Position numbers and translations under genes: made by a program
In this document: one piece after another, positions 13,301-26,318 of the stretch
Position numbering within the stretch: position 1 is the stretch's first letter
How the letters are laid out: each line of letters opens with the position of its first letter
The notes under the pieces: generated by a model
Databases searched by the model: none
What the model saw: only the letters and a program-made list of their open reading frames with translations
What the model was told of the DNA's origin: nothing
Source of the DNA: Ophelia neglecta
Lineage: Eukaryota
DNA: 64,000 bases
Reading direction: 5' to 3'
NCBI GenBank assembly: GCA_965285935.1
Contig: OZ260663.1
Coordinates: 27,590,001 to 27,654,000, forward strand

Positions 13301-14705
13301 CATACATAGGCCAAGGCCTATAGGCCAATATATGTAGGTAAGTACATTGCAAAAAACAGCAGGTAATATTATATTATATAGATGTAGGTGGTGTGATGAA
13401 ATGATCGAATCATGATTATAAGAGATGATTTATGTTTTAGTTGGATGACTATGTTATTCATGTGACCTTTATTTCTCAATGATATATTAACTTCATTTTA
13501 AATGCACGTACACATGCTTGTACTTCATTTGCTTACAGGCTTTAGTTACCGTAAGCGTATCACACATTAGTACAGTCAGGTGCTTTTTAAGGTAGCCACC
13601 AATGTTTGTACACAGTACGTTGTATAGCTGTCCCCTATCGCCAGTCTACATGTAGGGCCTACTTCCCTAGGTGTAAGGAGAGCTTAACAAGACCTCAAGA
13701 AGAGTGATTATATGATGCCTTGATGTGTTTTCCTACACACATAGACTGTTCACTGGCTGGATTATTATATGATCTAACTACCAACTACAGAACTGTCAGC
13801 CGCAGTGTATCAGTGATTTTATACCATTTTTATATAAGTATATCGATTATTTCAAAAACTAGGACTTGAGATTTGGAATATCACCTCGGACCAGTGTCTT
13901 CAATGAAAATAGTCTTTCGCTAACTTGCAAGGTGAGCAGTTAAATGTTTCATGACGACTAGTTGGTCGACGGCCTACGTACAAATACCTCCCAGAAATGT
14001 TACACAGACAATAATGAATGTTAAACAGATCACTTTAGTTTACCTGTTGAACGGCATTTTCACACACTAGAGGGAAATATGGTGTTACCATTTGGGTTTT
14101 ACAATCGTCTGAGGCCACAAGGGTAGGTCTTCTACACCCCAACAAACTTGGCCGTAGGCGGTATATTGTATACATGGTATTTTTACATGGTTTTTAATCA
14201 GACACCTTCGCCTAACGTCTATAAATTCCCCCCATGTTAATAAGGGCGTATTTGCAGTCATAAAGACAGAAATTAATGAAATGAACTTCTGTCAAATATC
14301 AATACATATAGGCCTATATAGCGGAGCAACATCATATTTATCGCATTGCCAATGAATGACTCTTCTTATTATGGGTAATTTCATATACATGCATTGCCAA
14401 ACTTCGATCAAATCGTGCAAGCGCCATAATAATTGAATCACCTCTCAGTGCCTTCATACAACCACCAGGAATCAGGTAACCGAGGAGAAGAATGTCATTC
14501 CTACTTATCTCAAGGTAAAAATATATTAAACTGCGTAGTTCAGATAATTATCTATCGGGTGGCAACAGGTCTGGTTGTACTACGGTGTACTTGCTTGGCA
14601 GCGCACCTTCCATGTGTATGTGTATGCTAAATGGTTTTTTGTTTAATGTCCCATGCCCGGCTTCAATGCAGACGACCCAGTTAACATGGCAGAAAGTTCC
14701 CTACA

Positions 14706-14883
14706 CAGTGAAACCTGTGAATTAAGGCGACCAAAGGGACTGGAAAATAGTGGTCTGAATTCAGAGGTGGTCAGTTTAGACAGGTTATCTGATATTGAAA
14801 GTATACGGCACAGGCCTCATATTAGTGGTCTGAATTGACATGTGGTCTGATTATAGAGGTAGTCTTTAAGGCAGGTTTCACAG
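14706..14883 (+). mobile_element. MITE family A, copy 2
   Basis: CAGTGAAACCTGTGAATTAAG...GGCAGGTTTCACAG-TA; aligns end to end with copy 1. Confidence 0.8.
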
Positions 14884-14899
14884 TATATATATTGTTAAA

Positions 14900-14999
14900 T
14901 GTATGTTAAATCGGTTTTTCTATCGATACATTAAACTATGTATATATATATATACTTTATTGTATCGATAGATCGATAGAAGGACCGATTTAACATACA
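14900..14999. repeat. Imperfect ~100 bp palindrome with a central (TA)n and two TATCGATA (DRE) motifs
   Basis: tgtatgttaaatcggt...ctatcgat pairs with atcgatag...accgatttaacataca. Confidence 0.7.
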
Positions 15000-15163
15000 G
15001 TAAACAACCCATACATGCTTACTATTTAGAGCTAGCTCCGGTCTATTGTTGCATATTATCTACTATGTATACACTTGTAGACACAGGAGTAAATAATCAT
15101 ACATGGTGTACAAACATTCCATTCCCGACTTGATCGTCGGAATTAGATATTTCAGGTTAAAAT

Positions 15164-17209
15164 ATGGGCAGTCGTGGACTATTCTCGGACCTTCCAGAAC
15201 TGATGTGGTCAGATGATACCTATACGCTGAAGGAGATATGTCAGGGCTTAGAATCACCTACCCTCATCAAGTTACCCGGGGACACCCCGCACCTGAACCT
15301 GGGAGATCTGGTGGAGAAGGACCGGCCGTTCCTCGCCTATTCCCGCCGTCGGAGGACCAAGTTATACGGGGAAAACCTTACCTGGAACGCCGTGAGAAAA
15401 CAATATGTACCCACAGGGCCCGTCCTGGAGATACCTAAAGACTACGCTGGTATTTACACATATTAATAGCTAGGCCTATTCGGTGAACCCTTTTTAAGGT
15501 TTCCTCATAATTATAATAATTGAATATATACTTTTTTTTCCGCATTCAACCTTGTCAGTGATATTTGATCTTCATAATTACAATAGACACTTATGGTTCC
15601 TACATAAACTGACTATATCTATTAATTTATTTAAGTGCAAAGCATTACACCACTTGTCACCGAAATGATCTTTCACCAGTACATTAACAAGCATAGTCAT
15701 CCAGTTCGCTGCACACTAACCTCAAGGTGAAAGAAGAAAATCACAAAGTGCCCTCCTACATCGGAATTTGATCTCTTCTGCTATAATCCATTCAAAATAG
15801 AAAAGAATGGTGTGATTATATTATAATACAATCACACCTTGTGTAGGCCTACACATATTATTTGATTGTGACTTTGTTGAGACCTGATTCATTCTCAACT
15901 ATAATACTCAGTTACAAATTCTTGTCAAATTAATTTAAAAATTGTATGGCCTAATTACAGTTTGCCTCGAATCTTTTAGTGTGGGGAATTTTCTAGTAAT
16001 GGATCCTTGACATAATGTTAAAAGCAAGTTGTACTTTCAGGATGGTTTGACGTGGTGAGGGCAGGCGAGGACGCTCCCAGACACCACTTGTCCATAGAGA
16101 GTGTCGCCGGAACTGGATGTAAACATTTTCTCGTCTGCTCGACCTTAGCTGGCTTTAAATGCTCCGAAGGGACCGACGAGTTAAAAATCACCGCAGAAAT
16201 CAGGGTTTACCCGGGAGAAGTCATACAAGTGATCGGCATCGTCACAAAAACATGGAAGGTGAAGGATGACAAGGTAAAGATCTCGAAAAAACCCAGCACC
16301 ATTTTCCTGAAATGTATCGACGGAAAGAAAAGAGATATATATTTACCGTATGCGCATCCGGGCAAGTTTTGCGCCATACACGAAAATGAGAGGGATGACC
16401 ATAATGTTGTTTATCAGGCGGGAGATCTTCTGCAGTTTGATTTTCCCATATTAGTTAGGCTTGTTTTCGGATGGCCTCCGCCTACGTTTTCCGAGTTTAC
16501 CGGCTTCATTCGTTTAGTTGGCATTAACAGACCGGACAGTTTGGTTCTGTACAACATCGTACCAAACAGAAGTGTTGTCCTCGAAGTTCCGACAGATATC
16601 GACTGTCAATGGAGCAAAGCGGAAAATGAAGACGGGTTGAAATTGTCAGCAGATTTCAAAAAGGTTATGGAAAATTGTTGTAATAAAGTGTTTCCCTATC
16701 TCATTACGATGAAGTGTCTTGACGTTAGATACTTTCGGATTTCGAAAACATCACAAGCTAGTCAGGAGAGAGAAGAGGAGGCAGTTACAGAATCAGAGAC
16801 AGACCAGAAACAGCGGAAGACCGGGCGTATGGCACGGCCGGTAGATATGGACTCGTTCATCACTACAGACGTGTATCCAAAACTGACCAGAGAGACCAAA
16901 GTATCAGACAGCTGGAGTTTTTCATTCAAGGACCCGGATTACGTTTACGGCCACAATGGTCAAGTCGCAGAAGAGAATGCCGTCTGGGTTGATATAGAAG
17001 AAGGAGAACTAAAACCAATGCGCTCAAAGCACAATGGGAACAAAAAACGGAAGTCGAAAGCAATGAGGCCGGAAAGCTTTGCCGGTGAAGCAGGAGCGTT
17101 CCAGCAGATGTCGCTGCAAGAAACGATTGCCTCGCCTGAGCGAGAGTGGACCGGAACGGTGCGGGAGTCACGTGAACGAGACGTTATGTTTCGTGAAGCC
17201 AACTGTTGA
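15164..17209 (+). CDS. Single-CABIT-domain protein (GAREM/THEMIS/serrano family), ~484 aa; exons 15164-15449, 16041-17209
   Basis: A phase-1 intron (g|gtattt ... gtactttcag|ga) joins the two long ORFs into ...VPTGPVLEIPKDYAG-WFDVV... (cf. GAREM VIGPKIEIPVHYAGQF). N-terminal WS..TL...L.P pattern; CABIT Cys motif FLKCIDGKKRDIYLPYAHPGKF; low-complexity C-terminal tail. An acceptor ending at 15155 implies upstream non-coding exon(s). Confidence 0.85.
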
Positions 17210-20149
17210 GAAGCTGAAAACAAATCAAGATATTGACCACATGTCTGATGGCTTATATACTACGTACAGACTCGGCTTGAAGACAAACTACTTGGACATT
17301 CCAATTTAAAACTTGCCCAAATGTCCCGCCCACGAGTGGGAAGAGGCAATTCCACTTCCCTCCACTTGCCATAAAGGTTGGTTTTATGCAGTAATTCAGA
17401 TCTTCATTGTGCTAAAAGTGAGTCCAAACTAACCCCTTCCCCCAGTATTAATTGACGACACACTCCCCCTGTTTTGGCGTTAGGGACTCGGGTAAAATCA
17501 AGCAGCCCTTTTCGCTCGAGTTTTGTGGCTACGGCTAAGGCCTTTAGTCCTATTGCCGTACTAGTCTTGTTTAAAGTTGGTTCCATTAAATGTTAAACCC
17601 CAAGTCATGGTGTCTATTCAATGAAGAGCTCAAATATATAAATATAACCCATATAATTCTCGCATGCAGCTACATTAATTATATTATAGAGTTACATTTA
17701 TTTATTTAAAAGAGTCATTCCTGATCCATGACACAACACAACATACAAGGTATTATAATAAGATTCTCAAAGGGTCGAGTCGATATTCGTCAAAAAAGAA
17801 TAACAGCATAATAATATTAGTAGATAAGGAAAATTATAAAAAACACAAATACCGCGAAGCCAAACCACAACTTTCACTTATGGTCAGATCACGGGCCTCA
17901 TCATATTGAGTAAGGAAACGATTTAACTGGGGCCATTTTAGACCTTCAGGTATGTGTTAACCTACCAATGCCACTTTGGCGCGAGGTCTTGTGGCCTAGA
18001 CCATTTTGAGTCTAAATATTCTGCATGGCAAATTTGCTCCTAGTACTCTATATCCTTCCCCCCCCCCCCCCCCCGCTCGCGGGGAGGGGCACCGTTATGG
18101 GAAGTGTACTAACATGGGTCATCTTGCCGGGCACAAATAACTGGAAGTGCCGTTTTGGCCCAACTTCCAAAATTGGGACAATCACATCAAAGAATAACAA
18201 TTATTTTTAGAGTATTCCATTCGATAGGGGTAAAGTTATGATCAAAAAATTGAATTACTTTTGGCTGATTTTCCGAAAATTAGGTCTTAGGCCATTTTGC
18301 CCAAATAGTCTGAAGATATACCGCTTCTAATTAATATGCCGGGTGGGGCGAGGGGGGCTAAAGGCCTCGAAGGGAAATGAGGAATAGAGGATGGGGGCCT
18401 AAATGGCTTAAAATAGGACACTAGAAGAGGTGCCTTTTAAAGTATTATATACATGATAATCATAAAGCACAGAGTGTATGCTTACTATTTCGAAAGCTGT
18501 GATAATTTATAAGCTACTTGGGCCTGTATTCAAACAGCTTTCATAGCCGTTTTCAGAGCATATATTTTTGACGTTCATTATACCACATGGTTCCTAGTTT
18601 CAACAACTCACACTATTCGCTTATTTTAAGTAGGCCTTTAGAACAACATAAACAAAGTAACTTACTGAAGTCTAGTTTGATAAATACATGATATGTATGT
18701 GAATTATTGTATTTTACTCATATCAAAATAAAAGAAAAATTATATTTAGGAAGTATATTATTCATTGGCTGATTTATACTTTCTTAATTAAAAACAAAAG
18801 TTATGAAATTCAAATTTTTATGTCATATCCCAAGAAATAATTAATTATTGGCACTAGCTATATCTATATATGTTTACAAATATAGATCTATGTATAAACA
18901 TTTATGCATGTGTGCATATTTAAAACAGTACTTAAGGTGGATATTGCCATAATTATATCAAGATGAAAGGCGTCTTCAATTTGTATTACTATATCATGGA
19001 CATAGAAATGCTACTGCATCTATTAATCAGACCATATAACATAGTAAGTGAATTTAGCATACCGGTATGGCCTAAAACTTTTTAAGTGGGTCTTAAATTA
19101 GGTTAGAACTTATGTGATCAGTAATACATTGTTGTAAGTAGTAAATGATGTTAACAGTATAGTTAGTAGTTGATATATTGCCCGATGATATTTTTCTTAA
19201 CTGTCAGCTGAACTAAACCGAACCTAACAGTCCGAATCTAACAGTTCGGTCCACAGAAACATGAAATGCTCAGCTGTGATATAATGTCTACTGTGAACAC
19301 TACTTATTTGCGCATGTATTAACATTAGGATTAAGTAGGCCAATAGTTATCAATCAGTCGTTTAATATGCAATATATAGGGGTCAGCTGTCAGGTCAGGG
19401 GTGTCACAGAACGTGACTATTTAAGTAGTGAACGTGGTAAGCAGTATGTGCATTGGAAACTATGTGTGGTTCACGTTTGTTTAAATTCAAATTGGATGAA
19501 TTTAACAAATGTTGTTCTTATCTGTATTTTCTCACCACTACTGCTACCATGCTGCTAGGTATAATTTTAGCGTCCTCAATGGAGGTCAACAGCTTCTAGG
19601 CTTATTAGCATACAAATAGCTCATGATGGCATATTTTCCTTCTTTCTCAGTTTATTGCGAACAATTTCATATTAATCGAAATTCCGAACGAATTTTTATA
19701 TATTTAGGTCTATCTCGGCTGGAAATGTAACGGCCGCATATGGGAAATTAATTGACATATTCTCCCCGTTAGCCATTAGGTTAGGGACTTCAGGAGAAAG
19801 TTGTAACCTTCTAACTGGTTACGAGTGACATCAGAAAGTTCACTAAATGGAAACCTCGCTTTGTTCGCTTATCAGTGAATAAACCTATTAAAGTGTTTAA
19901 TGAAGTTAAAGTTTCTGAATTAGATCGCTTTGCGATAAATATTTGCCATTATTCATTAATCATTAACCCATCCTTAACCCGGCATGAATAAAATGTGGCC
20001 CACTCTATCCTGATTCGCAGCCCTAGGTACACAACATTCTTGGTAGATCCAAGACTTCATAATTATTTTTGTCCATATTTTTCGTGTTTCGTTTTACCAG
20101 CACTACTTTTTATTGGTGATGCTCGATGCAGAAGAACACTACTTATGTC

Positions 20150-20265
20150 AAAGCGGGGCTGCCATCTGACGAATGAAAATAGAAACGGAAATCCCTGAGT
20201 GCATTGTGGGAAGTGTTGAAGCCACTTTTGGAGGTCGTCGGTGTTCACAAGTCTAACAGGTAAGG
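20150..20265 (+). promoter_or_regulatory. Probable COX6C promoter and non-coding exon 1 (donor ag|gtaagg after 20259)
   Basis: YY1-like GCCATCT at 20161 and ETS/GABP-like CGGAAAT at 20186, followed by a strong donor. The COX6C coding exon is preceded by an acceptor 5 nt before its ATG. Confidence 0.5.
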
Positions 20266-20988
20266 TTTTGATGTTTTATAGACGAACTTATCATTTTGAT
20301 CTGATACAAGGCTATACTGATTGAAGGCTACATACTTATGGGTTACTTTTAAGGGGATGTTAAATTCAGATTCATGTTGGGGCAATTTATTGGGTAGATT
20401 TAACACATGTATTTAGTACGTGATGTGCATGTTTGTCTGCATGCTGTCAAGCACTGGCTGTCCTCAGCCATGTAGCTGTGTGTCCTTTTGTACTTGTATG
20501 TATTTGGTAATGACGGAAATGGTTCAACCTTGCGTTAATTAAATAGTTCTGTCATCTTCAGGCAATTTTAAGTTGATACCTAAAAGCAAACAAAACCATC
20601 TTAAGAGATATCAGTACTTTTTGAGAGAATTGCTGAAAAAACATTCATTTACCAAGGGAGCAACATGCCTATCATGTTAACTGGTTAACACAGGTTGAAC
20701 TGTTGATTTAATATGCTTTGTATCGTTGATAGTCTGAATCAATACTCGGTACAAATTGCGGTACATTTATAGGCCCCAAAAACAAGAAATATTCATAATT
20801 CATGGAATGAAGCAGCTATAGAATGCCCGAATGAGTCTGTTATCTCTATGCATTTAATCAAATTAAATTATATTAGCGGTAACTTCCTATTGAACACATA
20901 ATGTCATAATGGCAAAGACCATTTTTAAACAAATTAAGATTTTAAAGGAAAATTAAAGCATAATATAATGTTTTATTCAACATGTTTG

Positions 20989-22085
20989 CAGCCTTTCGTA
21001 TTAGCGTCAGACCGTCCGACCAGACCTAGATAAAAATCAATATGTCGGAGAAAAAATGTGTTTCACCGGTCTCTTTGTCGGACTATATATTCACAGGTTA
21101 AATCACTACCTTTATTTCGTAATAGAAAACAAGTGTCATCCGTGTGCATCGATGGGCAAGCAAATGTATCAAGTCGCCATTTTGATTGTGTGTGAAATCA
21201 CATGATCAACCTTTCACAGCTCCGTGCAGACACCTAGCGGCGAAATCAACAGTTTAGCCTGGTTCCTGCACAACGAACTAGCGCAAAGTGTTAGTGCCTG
21301 TTAAAAATGCGACGGCATACGTGCCAGCGTAATACATGGAAACCTCCGGATTGGAACGAACACCTACGAGCAGGTCATCCACAGTGCGCGTACTATAAAA
21401 TATAGAGTACGGAGAACAAAATGAGCTTTCTAAAGTATGTGCCGGGTATTTTGCCCGGGAAAGGCAATAAAAGGCCTTGTGCCAGTAAAACAACATCAAC
21501 TGAAGCTGCCAAAAGGCCAAGGTTATTCCAGACACACTGGAAGGCTGGTAGGCCCTGGTTGTCCTATGAGGACAATAAAATGACGTGCACATGGTGAATA
21601 CATGCATGTAAGGCCCTATATAATTTCATTACATTTCCAGGGAAAGTTAAATTTCACTATACCACATAAATTTTTTGAGAATAATTCTTCGTAGTAAACC
21701 TGCTGTGCCCTATTCCAGCAGACTGTAACAGACTAATAAATAGCTCTAGGCCTAACATAATAATGAACTTTCTTTCAAATGACTGCTAATTAATAGCAAT
21801 AGTTTAAAACTGTTCTTTTATTCATTGGAAGCAGCAAAAAGTAGCTAGACTTCAATGAAAGGACAGCAGGCTTTTATTCATGGAAGAACCAATTTTAGAG
21901 TTGACACCTTGCAGGATCATGCTAAATCTGTTGGCCACATTAACGCTGAAAATGCAGCATTAAACGTTTAACCTGTTTTTGTGGTTCATTTTTTCTTGGT
22001 CTGGTAAGAATCTGGTGGGTCTGATAAAACTTAAAGTTTACCAGACCAGAAGTCTGATAAAAATTATTCCTAATACGAAAGGTTG
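20989..22085 (+). mobile_element. Non-autonomous hAT element with a decayed TTF-type zinc-finger transposase N-terminus
   Basis: 16-bp TIR (CAGCCTTTCGTATTAG / CTAATACGAAAGGTTG, 1 mismatch) flanked by a TGTTTG direct repeat. Internal spliced relic from ATG 21421: ...KRPRLFQTHWKAGRPWLSYEDNKMTCTW*I / FIHGRTNFRVDTLQDHAKSVGH (ZNF862/C17orf113-like finger), with two in-frame stops. Confidence 0.8.
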
Positions 22086-22099
22086 TGTTTGACAATATA

Positions 22100-23056
22100 C
22101 AGGGACCAAAATTACCGCTTTCACGATTGCACGGGGCAAAAGGTTTTGCTCTCAGGCTAGCTCTTTATTAGCTGTACTTGCCCGACGAGCAAATGAAGCA
22201 AAAAAAACACACAAAATTCGGGCAAGTAGTCAGTTTTGTCCGCTCATCGCTCCCATTTTGGTTCACAGTAAAATTGTCAAAATTGTTGTAACTCGTTCGT
22301 CCATATAGCAGATAGTGTGCTTTACTCGCGAAACGCAATGTGTGCAGTGGAGCCCAGAGCGAATTACCGCAAGAAGTGTATACTTGTATCCTCCCCTCTA
22401 GCGGCTGCTGTTATGCAAAATCAATGTGGGTCAAATTTATCGCGCCTCTCTCGTTGCAAAGGACAAAATTGGACCCCGAACCTGCTGTCCACCTATGGAA
22501 CAGTGGAAGCAGTAGGGGGAGAACAGTCATGAGGGTTAATGAAAAAATTGCTAGGATAGTATTGCTGGGGGTGGTGAAGAGATAGCAGGGGAGGTGGAGG
22601 ATGGGGATGGTATGGAACTGGGGAATCTTGATGGGGATGGTGTGAAGGCAGCACAAAAACATGACAGAGACATTGATGAGGACTATTAATCAGACGATAG
22701 TGACAGTGAAGGGGAGAAAGAGGCCTACAAATTGTTTTTAAGTGCCCAGCAATAGTTTTCATGATTCTGTGGGGTGGATTCTCATGAAAATAAAAGAAGT
22801 GTCAAAGCTATGAATATGTTTAATGTTTTTGCATTGCATTGCCTGCTTCATTAATGTTCTAGGTGGGTGTAACAATTCACTTCTCATTTTTTCACCATTA
22901 TTTACCACTATGTAGCATTTGTGGCAACCTCTTTCTTTTTTAGGGCAAGTTTAATTTTTATGTTACTTGCCCTTGGTCAAATAGATTTGAAGTTGGGCAA
23001 GTAACATAAAAACTGAACTTGCCCACAGGGCCAGTGATAAATGGCTGGATGCCTGA
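22100..23056. mobile_element. hAT-like non-autonomous element (CAGG...CCTG ends, subterminal CTTGCCC/GGGCAAG repeats)
   Basis: Clusters of gggcaa/ttgccc motifs at both ends; degenerate TIR; no clear TSD. Confidence 0.5.
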
Positions 23057-23390
23057 AATCGGCTATTAATGCCTCTTAGTGGCCATTTCTTGGCAACCAG
23101 CGCATCAATGTTTGGTAATAACTTAAAAAATAGCACAGGGACCTGCATTTTTTGTGTTTTCTATCTGTTATGCATGTCTTCAATTACCATCCTTAAGAAT
23201 AAAAAAAGAATATTTTTCATACCTAAAACATTTTGTCAATAGATTGAGGTCAAAATTTGATGTTTTAAACCCCATTTGACCCCATATGTGGAAATCTATG
23301 TTTTATAAGAATTATTCCCGAATGAGTTCTTGATATATTCCATTAATGTTGAAACTTTAAACATTGTATTATACATTTGAAGAAACACCC

Positions 23391-23640
23391 CAGGGTTCTA
23401 CACTAACTTTTCTCAGCTCTTGCCCTGAGGGAAAGTAGCACCAGGAAACTACTTGCGCACACCATAGGCTTACTGTCCCAAAAATATTGGTACATGTAAA
23501 ATATAAAAGATATCCAACAATCAGCGATTTGGGGAATTTTAGCAGGTTGCCCGGCGGGAAGTTAGTAACTAAAACCTTTGTGCCCGCAAGCAGATTTGAG
23601 GTGCCCTGGGACATCGAGCAATAGTTAGTGTAGACCCCTT
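23391..23640 (+). mobile_element. hAT-like MITE family B
   Basis: TIR CAGGGTTCTACACTAAC / GTTAGTGTAGACCCCT; the internal sequence recurs at 56521-56664. Confidence 0.75.
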
Positions 23641-24169
23641 CACCCTAGACAAGGCCTTGCCCCAGTGACCCACCTTAACAAATTAGTGCCAACAATTTTA
23701 GTGGAACATGTTTATAGAACCTGAGCAAAGCTCATAAAAAGTTTTTAAAGAATTAAATCGCCAGTGCTACCGTATAGGTACTCCTCACTGAGACACTGGT
23801 TGGGGGAACTAGCTGTCAAACATGCTAGTTTACAACAACCACCCCCTCGTGGACTTGTGTAGTGAGTAACAAATGCATATTGAGTAGCTGTGCGGGCTAC
23901 GTTACACTCCGGGCAATCTTGTCCTGGTCATTCGGTCGTAGATTGTCCTTATATGGAAGGAGGAAGGGGTACTGACACTGATTCCTATGTAACACTACAA
24001 GTGTACAACTTGTGGCGAATGTCACTCGACTGCATGGCCAGGTTCATTTGTTGAAAAATATTTTATGTCCTGGAAAAAAGGCATATTGAGAATTTAAATG
24101 CTAATCTAGCAAAAACAGAGTATCTAGTGCTCCCTATGTATATGTTTTTCTTTTCCTTTGACAGAAACA

Positions 24170-24896
24170 ATGTCTGCACCTCAGCTGCGGGGTCTCTTGA
24201 TGACAAGAGCCAGTAAACAGCTGGTCGTCGCTTCTGTGTCCTCCATCATAGCCGGCTGTGCCTGGTATGGTCTGGTCATGAGGAGGAGAACTCAACGATA
24301 TGATGAGTTTTGGAAGTAAGTTTCAGGCCTTAATTGTACGAAATATTGTTGATTCTTCAACCCCCTTAGTCCTAAGCTCCTTGACTCACAATTTCTATTT
24401 GCATTTTATCAAACAAAAATGGAAAAAAGGAAAAACAACTTGCTTTGATAGGTCTTATGTTTTTTTTATATATATTTAAAAAAAGCCTTATAAGTTAAAG
24501 ATATGGTCAGTCTACATATAAGACTCATGCTGTACTCCTGCCTCAATCAGTATGCAGAAAATGGTTACTGCTGTTATCATTCTCTGCACATCTCTAATAT
24601 TGTCACAAAAGATATACAGTACATGGCAAATATAATATATAAATGCAAATATAAAATTCACAAATTTTAATTTCACCAGAGTTTTTTTTGTAAAATTAGC
24701 AAATTTAAACCAACATGAACATTTTGACCATTAAACTCTACAGTTTTTAGATTAAGATTTCTAATAACTATTCCCTCCTTTTATGTTTGCACTTTGCAGG
24801 CACTATGACGCCCAGAAAGACTTTGAGCGTATGAGAGAAGCTGGGGTGTTCCACTCGGTGGCCCCTGGTGGAGCACTAGGAGAGCGAGAGTGGTAG
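24170..24896 (+). CDS. COX6C: Cytochrome c oxidase subunit 6C, 80 aa; exons 24170-24315, 24800-24896
   Basis: Spliced product MSAPQLRGLLMTRASKQLVVASVSSIIAGCAWYGLVMRRRTQRYDEFWK-HYDAQKDFERMREAGVFHSVAPGGALGEREW*. It has the COX6C hallmarks PQLRGLL, one TM, and Y.EF.K.YD..KDFERMREAGVF.S. Phase-2 intron gtaagt...tttgcag. Confidence 0.95.
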
Positions 24897-26318
24897 ACTG
24901 GAACATAACCTCTAGGTACTAGTTTAATGTGAAAATCTTGATCAAACTGATTTGTAAACTCTGTGGATTGAAGCTGTTGTATTGGAGCTCTTGACACCAT
25001 GTTCTTCCTAGGGCTTTCACTCTTAAGTAGTAATTTAGTCTGGGTTGAAACATTAAGCAAAGCTGAACATTGTAAAACAAATTTGAACTAGCAAAGTGCA
25101 TTTCAATGAACCTGCCTTTAGCTAAGCATAATTAATTTCTAAAAATTTTACCTAAAACATTTCATAAGGGGTTTTCCATGAATGTCGGATTGAGAAATTT
25201 GGTAGATTTGCAACCTACTCACCCTAGAATTCTGAATTTATTTTGAAGCAATAATGCTGATTTTAAATAAAATAGGACCATATGTGGTGATAGGAAGGCA
25301 TATGGTATGAGGGTAATAACTGAAGTTAGTCACGTTCCTTTAAAAAGTAGGCATGCTTGAATCAGTTGCCCATGCACAATCTTGAACTCCATATTCGATA
25401 CATTTTGTTTGGTTTTTGTGTGCATGTCTTCTGGAAACAGAGGTTAAAATTATCATCTGAAATCTGAACGTGGTACTTTCTGGGGGCAGTTAATCTCTGA
25501 AAGTCCAATTTTGTAGTGAGTTGGGATGTAGACTGAATTTTTGCTCATTCCCGTACTTCAAGGTTGAGATTCTTTCCTCCTCCCCCCCCCCCCCACCCCC
25601 CATCCCCCACACCCACTACATTACAAAATGGGAAAGGTCAGATACATATTTTTTCAATGCAATACAATGTTTGTCTCCTTATTCAAATAAAATTCATATC
25701 TCCATATATAGTCATTTTATATTTTAAAGTATTTTGGCGACTGGAAACCAGTTTTTGACCCGACCTACCGACCTAGACTACTTACTTATCAAGTTATCAA
25801 TGAAAAAATATTTTAATATAATGTTTTTCCTCAGGCCTGGACTAAGCTTATAAGTTTTGTTTTTCAGGTCAATGAACATTAGTGGTGGATTCCCTTCAAG
25901 AACACTTGTGAAATATAAAGACTGTTACATTAATAGATAAAAAATACATAGTTGAAAGTTGGAAGGTGTTCTGCTTTATATGAAGAAATAATGATATGCC
26001 ATCCCAATAAAATATAATAAATTATTTGATTGTGAACTGAGGTTGTTTTGTTTTTGGGAACAAATAGTGAATGGTATAAAAAAAAGCCTTTAAGTGATCT
26101 GAGGTATGTCCTGTCTTGTTCTTGTTGGCTTTCTGTTGGAGAATGTTGACTATAGGCTGTCATTAGGATGTGTAACAAGGAAATTTGGTATATTTTGAAT
26201 AGATTTGTGACAGGAAGGGACAGTACAAGTGAGACCTGGGACTTGTGTCTTACACCCTTGTTTGTGTGAGACTGGGCTCTCGGTCCTGGCCATTTCTAGT
26301 GACCTCCCACAGTCTAAA

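Noticed and set aside
19060-19660. Minus-strand splice-like signals divergent from the COX6C promoter
   Set aside because: The candidate exon chain hits a stop immediately; at most a lncRNA, unsupported from sequence alone.
21595-21597. TGA in place of the second Cys of a CxxC motif (possible selenocysteine)
   Set aside because: It lies in a TIR-bounded transposon relic with a second in-frame TAG (~21846) and a truncated transposase; simple nonsense decay explains it.
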